In this document: piece after piece, positions 21,350 through 29,761 of the stretch
How the letters are laid out: every line of letters starts with the position of its first letter
Numbering within the stretch: the stretch's first letter is position 1
NCBI GenBank assembly: GCA_050175015.1
Contig: JBFXJJ010000004.1
Location: 96,001 to 160,000, forward strand
DNA length: 64,000 nucleotides
Source: Alphaproteobacteria bacterium
GTDB taxonomy: Bacteria > Pseudomonadota > Alphaproteobacteria > JBFXJJ01
Reading direction: 5' to 3'
Position numbers and translations under genes: made by a program
The notes under the pieces: model-generated
Database searches by the model: none
Told to the model about the DNA's origin: nothing
What the model saw: only the letters and a program-made list of their open reading frames with translations

Positions 21350-22606
21350 ATGTTAAAAAAAGTATATTGTTATCTGTCATATATTATCTTTCCTTTTGTA
21401 GCGCTAATCCTAGCCAAACGCCGTATAAAGGGGAAAGAAAGCATTGAACGCTTTCCTGAAAGACTTGGACTTAATTCTTACACCCCATCATCTAAAAAAC
21501 TTTTATGGTTCCACGGTGCAAGTGTTGGAGAAGCTGTTTCAATGCTGGTTTTAATCAACAAAATTCTTATCGAAAATAAAGACATTGAAATTATGGTAAC
21601 AACAGGAACGCTAACCTCCGCCAGACTTATGGAAGAACGCCTGCCTAAAGGGGCTTTTCACCAGTTCGTACCAGTTGATATTCCTCATTATATAAGACGT
21701 TTTTTAAACCATTTTAAACCAAGTGCTATTTTTTGGTTTGAATCAGAATTTTGGCCTAATTTGGTTTTTGAAATTGAGAAAAAGAATATCCCACTAGTTT
21801 TAGTTAATGGCAGAATTTCTAATAAATCTTTTAAAAAATGGCAATGGTTCAAATTTTTTATTAAAGAAATATTGTCTTGTTTCAGCCTTTGTTTAGGGCA
21901 AACCGAAGAAGACACTAGAAGACTTGGCGTTTTAGGTGCCAAAAACACGCTTTATCTTGGCAATATAAAATATGCTTCTCCTAAACTTCCGTTTAATGCC
22001 AAAGATTTAAAATCATTACAGAAAGCTATTGGAAACCGCCCTTTATGGCTGGGAGCAAGCACGCATAATCCTGAAGAATTGGCTCTCGCAAAAACGCATA
22101 TCGACTTGAAAAAAGATTTTGATAATATTTTGACAATCATTGCTCCGAGACACCCTAATAGAGGTGATGATATTGTCAAAGGTTTAAGCTCTCTTGGACT
22201 AAACATTAAACAACGTTCTAAAAGTGAAATGCCTGACAGCACAACTGATGTTTATATTGCCGATACTTTAGGCGAACTCGGACTTTTTTATGAACTTTGC
22301 AACAAAGTTTTTGTTGGAGGCTCTCTTATTCCTCACGGCGGGCAAAATATGCTGGAGCCAGCACGTTTCGGCTGTAGCGTAATTGTTGGCAAACACACTC
22401 ATAACTTTACCGATATGATAACAAGAGCCAAAGATAAGGAAGCCGTTTTAGAAGTTAGTGATGAAACTGAACTTTATGAACTTTTGAAAAAACTTTTGTC
22501 TGAACCAAATCTTTTAGAGAAGTATGGGAAAAATGCTCAAGAATTTGCTGAATCAGAAGCCGATGTTGTTAATAAAATCGTTGATAATATCAATTCGTTT
22601 TTATAG
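21350..22606 (+). CDS. waaA: Kdo transferase
   Basis: WFHGASVGE, ESEFWPN, APRHPNR, DTLGEL, GGQNMLEPA. Confidence 0.95.
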   Translation: MLKKVYCYLSYIIFPFVALILAKRRIKGKESIERFPERLGLNSYTPSSKKLLWFHGASVGEAVSMLVLINKILIENKDIEIMVTTGTLTSARLMEERLPKGAFHQFVPVDIPHYIRRFLNHFKPSAIFWFESEFWPNLVFEIEKKNIPLVLVNGRISNKSFKKWQWFKFFIKEILSCFSLCLGQTEEDTRRLGVLGAKNTLYLGNIKYASPKLPFNAKDLKSLQKAIGNRPLWLGASTHNPEELALAKTHIDLKKDFDNILTIIAPRHPNRGDDIVKGLSSLGLNIKQRSKSEMPDSTTDVYIADTLGELGLFYELCNKVFVGGSLIPHGGQNMLEPARFGCSVIVGKHTHNFTDMITRAKDKEAVLEVSDETELYELLKKLLSEPNLLEKYGKNAQEFAESEADVVNKIVDNINSFL

Positions 22607-22624
22607 CTTTAAGGACATTTTGAT

Positions 22625-23596
22625 ATGAAAGCACCCATATTTTGGCAGTCCCAAAACATAACAGCCAACATTCTTAGACCTCTTGGTTTTTTGTATAATT
22701 TAGGTGGAATTCTAAGAAGAATTATATCTAAACCATATAAAGCGCCTGTTCCTGTAATATGCGTTGGCAATTTAACGGTTGGCGGGGTTGGCAAGACACC
22801 TGTTTGTATTGCGTTATCAGAACTTTTATCGAAAGGCATTTCCAACATCTTCTTTTTAACCAGAGGATATAAAGGAAAATTAAAAAACATTTCAGTGTCA
22901 ACCACTGCCCACAACGCCGATACGGTTGGCGATGAAGCCGTTTTATTATCAAGATATGCTCCAACTATTGTGAACCAGAATAGAGCCTTAGGAGCTAAAT
23001 TTGCTGTCGATAATGGCGCCAAATTACTTATTATGGACGATGGTTTTCAAAATCCTCATCTATATAAAGATTTTTCGTTTGTGGTTATCGATGGCTCTCA
23101 AGGTTTTGGAAATGGTTTTGTTCTTCCTGCAGGAGCCTTAAGGGAAAGTATTTCTATTGGATTAAAAAGAGCTAATGCTGTTATTATAATTGGTGAGGAC
23201 AAACATAACTTGTCAAAAATGATAAAGAAATTTAACCTCCCGATTATCCACGCTCGAATGATTTTGAATAAGAGTGCAATTAATAATTTGATTGCATCAA
23301 AAGTTATCGCTTTTGCAGGAATTGGTATCCCGCAAAAATTTTTCGACAGTCTTAAAAATTCAAAATTAGAATTAAAAGAAACTATCGCTTTTCCAGATCA
23401 TCATAAGTATTCTGAAAACGAGCTGGAAAAATTGGTATCAAAAGCAAAAAGCATTGGAGCTGCACTAGTTACAACCGAAAAAGATTATGTAAAAATACCA
23501 AATGCTTTTAAACCTAATATCATTCCTATACCTGTAAAAATTTTATGGGAAGACGAGCATCAAGTATTTGAGATTTTATCTAAAATAATAAAATAA
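22625..23596 (+). CDS. lpxK: Tetraacyldisaccharide 4'-kinase
   Basis: VGNLTVGGVGKTP, RGYKG, GDEA, MDDGFQN, FPDHH, TTEKD. Confidence 0.96.
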   Translation: MKAPIFWQSQNITANILRPLGFLYNLGGILRRIISKPYKAPVPVICVGNLTVGGVGKTPVCIALSELLSKGISNIFFLTRGYKGKLKNISVSTTAHNADTVGDEAVLLSRYAPTIVNQNRALGAKFAVDNGAKLLIMDDGFQNPHLYKDFSFVVIDGSQGFGNGFVLPAGALRESISIGLKRANAVIIIGEDKHNLSKMIKKFNLPIIHARMILNKSAINNLIASKVIAFAGIGIPQKFFDSLKNSKLELKETIAFPDHHKYSENELEKLVSKAKSIGAALVTTEKDYVKIPNAFKPNIIPIPVKILWEDEHQVFEILSKIIK

Positions 23597-23614
23597 AGGA
23601 CTTATAAAAAATAA

Positions 23615-24508
23615 ATGCCGACCTCATTTATAAAAAAATATATACGCTATCCCTTTGAAGCCTTAGCTGCATTTCTTATTTTCAGCATCTTTAAGCTTAT
23701 GCCTATTAGCGTAGCATCATATTGCGGCAGCATTTTGCTTCGAGTATTTGGTCCTTTATTAAAACCCAATAAAACGGCTAAAAACAACTTAAAAAAAGCT
23801 TTTCCCGAAAAAAGTGATCAAGAAATAAAGCTTATTCTAAAAAAAATGTGGAACAATTTAGGACGCAGCCTAGGAGAATTTGCTCACGTCCCCAAAATTA
23901 TTAAAAAAGGCAGCGGGAGAATAGAGCTCATTGGTATTGAGAACGTATTATCTTTAAAGAATGACAATAAACCAGGAATGTTCATTTCCGCTCATTTAGG
24001 AAACTGGGAAACAAGCATTGGAGCCTGTACGTCTTGCGATCTTTTATTACATCGTATTTATCGTGCCGCCAACAACCCTTTAGTTAATAAGCTGGTATAT
24101 TCTTCTGGAAGAGGTGAAAATTTTGGCGAACTTCTGCCTAAAGGTTCTAAAGGAGCAAGAAGAGCTCTAGAACTTTTAAAAAAAGGCGAACATCTTGGCA
24201 TTCTGCTTGACCAAAAGATGAATGACGGTATTGAATGCCTATTTTTTGGACGTCCAGCGATGACAGCCCCTGCCCCTGCTCAATTCGCCTTAAAATATGA
24301 CTGCCCTATTGTGATGGCTAAATCCGAAAGATTAGACGGCGCTAATTTCAGAATAACTCTCTATCCTCCGTTTTATGCTGAAAATACTGGCAATCGTCAG
24401 GAAGACATCAAAAAAGTAACACAAAAAATGAATGATATTATCGAAAGCTGGATTAGAGAAAAACCTGAAGACTGGCTCTGGGTTCACAATCGCTGGAAAA
24501 AAAACTAG
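23615..24508 (+). CDS. Lipid A late acyltransferase (HtrB/LpxL family)
   Basis: SAHLGNWE, LDQK, FFG, PEDWLWVHNRWK. Confidence 0.9.
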   Translation: MPTSFIKKYIRYPFEALAAFLIFSIFKLMPISVASYCGSILLRVFGPLLKPNKTAKNNLKKAFPEKSDQEIKLILKKMWNNLGRSLGEFAHVPKIIKKGSGRIELIGIENVLSLKNDNKPGMFISAHLGNWETSIGACTSCDLLLHRIYRAANNPLVNKLVYSSGRGENFGELLPKGSKGARRALELLKKGEHLGILLDQKMNDGIECLFFGRPAMTAPAPAQFALKYDCPIVMAKSERLDGANFRITLYPPFYAENTGNRQEDIKKVTQKMNDIIESWIREKPEDWLWVHNRWKKN

Positions 24509-24586
24509 AACTAGATTAAGGGCATATCGCTTTTATTTATGGATATGATTACACTTAAAATGATGATTTTAAAAAAATGGCAACAA

Positions 24587-24621
24587 AAAACCGCTGTTTC
24601 CTTAATAGAAAAGCGGTATTT
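24587..24621. terminator. Possible terminator between the acyltransferase and tRNA-Leu
   Basis: ACCGCT...AGCGGT stem flanked by A and T runs. Confidence 0.5.
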
Positions 24622-24633
24622 CATTTTAAAAAT

Positions 24634-24720
24634 TGGTGCGGTCGAGAAGACTCGAACTTCCACGAGATTTCTCTCACAGCGACCTCAACGCTGCGCGTCT
24701 ACCAATTCCGCCACGACCGC
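24634..24720 (-). tRNA. tRNA-Leu(GAG)
   Basis: Reverse complement is GCGGTCGTGGCGGAATTGGTAGACGCGCAGCGTTGAGGTCGCTG...GTTCGAGTCTTCTCGACCGCACCA: a cloverleaf with GAG anticodon, long variable arm and encoded CCA. Confidence 0.97.
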
Positions 24721-24784
24721 GCAAAAAATTGGTAAGATGTTAAGTAGCAAATTAGGACAACTAAATCAAGTATAATATTAAAAA

Positions 24785-25423
24785 ATGATAGAATTAAAAA
24801 AAACAAATTACCTTATAGAATATCCCGATGCCTTAAATTTTATGGAGCAACGGGTTGAAAACATTGCAAAAAACCAAGCCTCTGAGCTTGTTTGGCTAGT
24901 TGAACACCCTCCTCTATATACCGCGGGCACCAGCGCTGAAAAAAAAGACCTTCTAGGGACATATAAACTGCCAGTATATGATGCAGGGCGGGGCGGAAAA
25001 TATACCTATCATGGAATCGGACAACGGGTTGTTTATTTTATGATTAGTCTTAGGAATCGCAATATTAATGTCCATCAATTTGTAAATATGCTGGAAGACA
25101 TTATCATTCTTACTTTAAACGATTTCAAAATCAAAGCCGAAAAAAGAAGTGATAGAATCGGAATATGGGTAAAAACCAAAAACAGTGAAGAAAAAATTGC
25201 GGCACTAGGAATAAGGATTCGCAAAGGAATTAGTTTCCACGGTATCGCCATAAATATTTCACCAAATATGGAACATTTTAACGGAATTATCCCCTGCGGC
25301 ATCAGCAATTTTGGCGTAACAAGTATGCAAAAACTAGGGTTAAATATCTCTCTTGATGAATTTGATGCCAAGCTTATTCCGAATATTTCGAATATTCTTC
25401 AAGATGAACTAAAATCTATTTAA
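24785..25423 (+). CDS. lipB: Lipoyl(octanoyl) transferase
   Basis: EHPPLYTAGT, RGGKYTYHG.GQ, KIAALG, HGIAIN, IIPCG. Confidence 0.96.
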   Translation: MIELKKTNYLIEYPDALNFMEQRVENIAKNQASELVWLVEHPPLYTAGTSAEKKDLLGTYKLPVYDAGRGGKYTYHGIGQRVVYFMISLRNRNINVHQFVNMLEDIIILTLNDFKIKAEKRSDRIGIWVKTKNSEEKIAALGIRIRKGISFHGIAINISPNMEHFNGIIPCGISNFGVTSMQKLGLNISLDEFDAKLIPNISNILQDELKSI

Positions 25424-25536
25424 CTTTTGATAAAAGCAAAGATATTTTTTTACAAACACAGAACTTACGTATAAGTGAAATACGCTCTAAACCAAAGAAG
25501 CTCTAATTGCATAATCTTAAATTTATGCTGAATAAC

Positions 25537-25570
25537 AAAAGCCCTCATCATATATATGATGAGGGCTTTT
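25537..25570. terminator. Perfect 34-bp palindrome, probable bidirectional terminator
   Basis: AAAAGCCCTCATCATAT|ATATGATGAGGGCTTTT between convergent lipB and the autotransporter. Confidence 0.8.
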
Positions 25571-25590
25571 TAATATAATAACTTTAATCT

Positions 25591-28409
25591 TTAGAAATCA
25601 TACTTAACTTGAATTGTTCCAGCATGACTTGTGTAGTCAGATTTAAGTTCCGCATCATAATCAGCCAAGAATGACCAATTATCTTTTTTAGCCAAAGTTA
25701 CACCCAAACCAATAACAGCAGCGTCTTTTGGAAGCGACATACCATTGGTCGTAAAGCTTGTACCGCCAGCAACATATTTTGATGTTGTATCAATTTGATC
25801 ATCACCAAATTCATGCATCCAGCTTAATCTAACTTCTGGGGTAAGAACACCTGCATCAATATCAAAATTACGTGCCAATTTAGCGCCTAATTTAGATTTG
25901 ATTGAATCTGTCTCTCTCGATTCAACTTTAAGAGCAGCAGAACCGCCGGCTTCACTATAACCATCTTGGTTTAAATGACTGTAACGAATTCCTGCAACTG
26001 GAGTAACTATTGCTTTTTCGAAATCAATAGGCATACCAGTTTCAACAGATACCGTATATTCATTAGCTCCATAATTAGATGTTAAATTTTGATTAATTGC
26101 ACCAACATTAACTAAACGGTTATTGTCAAAATCGTGGTAACTATAGCCAAGAGATCCTTCAACATACATTTTATCGAATTTCTGATTGCCGTATAAAACC
26201 ACACCATAACTGTCAATATCACTGCCATTACTGCTTAAAACACCTTTATTGTTGATATTGGTTAAAGCATAAGATAAAGCCAAGCCTAAAGTTAAGTTTT
26301 CATTGACTTCTTTATCAGCACCAACTGCAAACCCTTGAGTATCAGCATCATAGCCTTCAATACCGTTTCTTTGGCTCTGATCAGCAGTAAAACCAAAGAA
26401 CTGTCCCCAAAGACCAGCATTTTCTAAAACATCACCTGTTGCAATACCAGCTCTTACTTGAGCTAAACGATCTCCAATTACATTTGAAACACCGTTTGTT
26501 GTTCTAACTGCACCAACTGCGGCTGCGCTATTAACATCTGGAGAAAGTTTCATAGAAGCTTCATTAACTTCGGCGGCTGTACTCAACCCTTGAACCGCAG
26601 ACTTAATTGCACTAGGAGCTCTGTCAACAGAAACAGCAGTTCTTTTATTAACTCCGCTTAATTCAGATGCTTCTTTGATCGAAGATGTCAAAACAATAGA
26701 GTTACCACTGCTGCCATCAACCGTCCAAGATACGAGAGGTGTACTGGTTACACTATAATCTTGGGTCGCATTTAATATATAACTTGATGAGCTAAATAAC
26801 GTATATGATGCGGCATCTTGTGCTTCAACACCATCAAAAACAGGTGTAAAAGTTAGCACATAGTCATTCAAATTAATTCCATTGCCATTGATATCAATAT
26901 TACCATAACCTGTATCTGTTACCGTAAATTTGACTTCAGCATCATCATTAAGAACAAAGTCTCCAACTCCACCAAATGTTATATCATTATCACCAATATC
27001 AAAAGTGCCAGCATTATTAACTACACCTCCAACCGTTGAATCTGATGAGAATTTGAAAGTAGCATCAGATTCAATATTAAGAATTGAAGAATTAAGATGT
27101 GAACCACTAAAAGTAACCGTCTTATTGGCACCTGAAACATTTATAGCACCAAGAGCATTTGTCACACTAGAAAATGAGGCGTCATTTTTAAATGTTACTG
27201 TCCCTGCAATACCTTTGTTTAGGTCGTTAACATATACAGAGCATTAAATTCCATTTCACTCATTGCGTTTGAAATGCTTAAATCAGTAGCATAAACGGTA
27301 TCATTAAATGTAAGTTTGTGAGCGCCCAAGGCATTTAAAGACAAAGTATTAATGCTTTTGCCTTCTTCACCAATAGAACCATCAATAGTAGCATCAGCTG
27401 TAAATTCTACCTGTCCCCAATTATTCGTTTCAGCTGTAATATCTCCATCATAGGCTCCAGCAAAACTAACACTGCCAACCCCAGATCTAAACATTATATC
27501 AGCATCGACATCATCATAAGCAGAAAGGCTGCCAAGAACTTGAATATCATCAGAAAAAATTTCGCCCGTAACACCTACAGTCGCGCCAGCAGATATTAAC
27601 AATCTTTTCAATGCTTGATTTTCTGCACCTATTGCACCGCCAACGTTAGCATTATTATCAAAGGCAAAAGTTCCTTCTCCATCATTTGCAGTCGTAATAC
27701 TACCAGTTATATTAGATCCTTGTTGAATTGTCGCCTTACCATCTGCCGTAAAATTAATATCACCAGAAGCAACTAATGCTCCTTGAAAAACGACATCACC
27801 TGTACCAGAAACATTAACATCAGCAGCTCCCACAGAAGATGCGAATGTCGCTGTTTTTCCATTGGCACCGCCAAAATCAATATCAACAGCACTAGCCGTT
27901 CCGACTGCCCCTGAAATATAAGCATCACCTTCTAATTCTACAGTACCGCCGCTGCCGCCTGTTGTATTTATGCTGCCTGTAAAGTTAACGCCATCTCCTA
28001 AAACAATACTGCCGCTGCCAGGGCCAAATCTTAATTCGTTGACATAAACGTCATCGTTAAAAGTAGCAGTTACACCAGCTTCACCGGCAAGAATTGTTCC
28101 AATAGCTGCACCAGATGCACCAATCTGCTCATTGGCCTCAGAATTACCAGAGATAGCCAATGTTCCTTGATTATTAACTGTGGTTGTAACAGCTACACCA
28201 AGGTTTATACCATCATTAACATAAACAGTGTCTTCGGCTGTAAAATTAATGTCTGTTGTCGGTGTTACTGTTAACGTTTTATCTGAACCATCTGTGTTAC
28301 CGCCTGAGTAAGGAGTAATAGGTTGCGCTGATACACTCTTAGGCATAGCAACAAAACCAGAGATTACGGCTAAAGAAACGCCCAATAATAATTTTTTTCT
28401 ATAAGACAT
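25591..28409 (-). pseudogene. Autotransporter (type Va) with rOmpA-like passenger, split by a 1-nt frameshift near 27240 (pseudogene or sequencing error)
   Basis: ORF 27219-28409 has the signal peptide and passenger repeats. ORF 25591-27165 has the linker and a beta-barrel ending VKYDF. Restoring one base joins them into ~939 aa (EFNA-SVYVNDLNKG). Confidence 0.85.
27290..28260 (-). repeat. About four degenerate ~70-aa passenger repeats (approximate bounds)
   Basis: Recurring units DINFTA / G.I.T....G / G.IG....A / T.FND.VY. Confidence 0.65.
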
Positions 28410-28567
28410 GGGTTAAATAAAATCCTTTCTTTTTTACAGAATTATAAAATTTATTAAATAAAATCTTGATAATAAAGTCATTACAGGACAATAAAAATCA
28501 ATGCAACTATTTTTTTTGCAAGTCTTTGATTAACAATAATGTTTTAATGATATTGGGTAACTTTGTG

Positions 28568-29446
28568 CTAAAAACATTTATTGGGTATATCTTGATAGTT
28601 GTTTCTCCAGAAATCAGCAATTCCCTTGGAATGCCCTGCGCCTTCTATTGTTACAATTTTAGTACAAGATATATTAGAAACAGCTTTAACAAAATTGCTG
28701 ACAACAAAAAATGGAATTACTTTGTCTTTATTTCCTAGATAATGAATTTGAGGAATATCTCTTAATTTTTTTGCTTTTTCCTTTGGATTTAAAGATTTAT
28801 TCTGTAATGGGACTTTATGATATTGATTTACAGCATCGTGATCTAAATTCCCCGCAACCGTCCTTAAAGATAAAACCCTATCTGGTTCTTCTTCCGCAAT
28901 TAATGCCGCTAAAGCTGCCCCACCTGAATATCCTACAAGATGAATACCTTCCGCCTCACTAGCAAAATAATCAACAACCGCTTTTATGCTAGATAAAACT
29001 TCGCTGGAGAATCTGCCGTCTGTCCAATAAAAATTAGAACAATATTCATCTTTTGATGCTTGATACTGACAAGGTCTTGCTACATATAAAACATTATCGC
29101 CTTTATCTATAGCCGCCAACTTGAGTCCTATAGGATTTATGGGTGTGGGATCAGGAGAAACCCCATTTCTAACAAAAGCTAAGCCATCACCTTCAATATA
29201 AACAACTAAAGGCTTTTTCTTATCTCTCTGGCGGACAAAGGCTTTAATATTAAATTTATCCGCTTTTAAAGAGACTTCTTTTAACCCAGCATTTTCAGCA
29301 ATAGTCTGAGCCGTGGTTAAGCGATTATCGGGAGATGCCGCACAAGATGACAATATGATTAAAACAAAAACAAATTTAAACTTTAGAAGTTTCTTTATTA
29401 CTTTGTTTAAAATAATATTATTCCTTAAAAACATAACTTGTTGCAC
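28568..29446 (-). CDS. Alpha/beta hydrolase lipoprotein
   Basis: Lipobox ILSSC, YIEGDG, DPTP, ARPCQY, nucleophile elbow GYSGG, plus candidate Asp (DKVIP) and His (GAGH). True start uncertain. Confidence 0.85.
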   Translation of the reverse strand: MQQVMFLRNNIILNKVIKKLLKFKFVFVLIILSSCAASPDNRLTTAQTIAENAGLKEVSLKADKFNIKAFVRQRDKKKPLVVYIEGDGLAFVRNGVSPDPTPINPIGLKLAAIDKGDNVLYVARPCQYQASKDEYCSNFYWTDGRFSSEVLSSIKAVVDYFASEAEGIHLVGYSGGAALAALIAEEEPDRVLSLRTVAGNLDHDAVNQYHKVPLQNKSLNPKEKAKKLRDIPQIHYLGNKDKVIPFFVVSNFVKAVSNISCTKIVTIEGAGHSKGIADFWRNNYQDIPNKCF

Positions 29447-29449
29447 ACT

Positions 29450-29752
29450 TTAATAACTAGCAATATTGATAAAAAGACCATCTTCAAAAGGAGGCGTTAT
29501 ACTTGTGATTCTTTGCTGTTCAACAGCCGTAACAAGAGCCATAGAAGGTCCTTTATAACATAAAGCTACCATTTTATTAACCATAGCCTCTTCTCCAGCA
29601 AAAAGAGCTTCAACAGAACCATCACTAAGATTTCTAACCCAACCTGAAAGCCCTAATTTATTTGCCTCTTGTATTGTCCAGCCTCTAAACCAAACGCCTT
29701 GTACCCTGCCTTTAATTTTGACATAAATAACACTTTGATTTAACTCTGGCAT
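29450..29752 (-). CDS. acyP: Acylphosphatase
   Basis: GRVQGVWFR, GWVRNLSDGSVEA, GP. Confidence 0.95.
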   Translation of the reverse strand: MPELNQSVIYVKIKGRVQGVWFRGWTIQEANKLGLSGWVRNLSDGSVEALFAGEEAMVNKMVALCYKGPSMALVTAVEQQRITSITPPFEDGLFINIASY

Positions 29753-29761
29753 ACAAAAACC

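Noticed and set aside
24539-24775. 78-aa plus-strand ORF
   Set aside because: It is antisense to tRNA-Leu(GAG) and its terminator, so it is a shadow ORF.
27219-27260. Programmed frameshift or phase-variable tract in the autotransporter
   Set aside because: No slippery heptamer, homopolymer or SSR at the break, so a simple 1-nt indel is more parsimonious.
24634-29446. tRNA-anchored genomic island or integrative element
   Set aside because: No integrase, and I saw no duplicated tRNA 3' end (att site). The tRNA 3' end also points away from the autotransporter.
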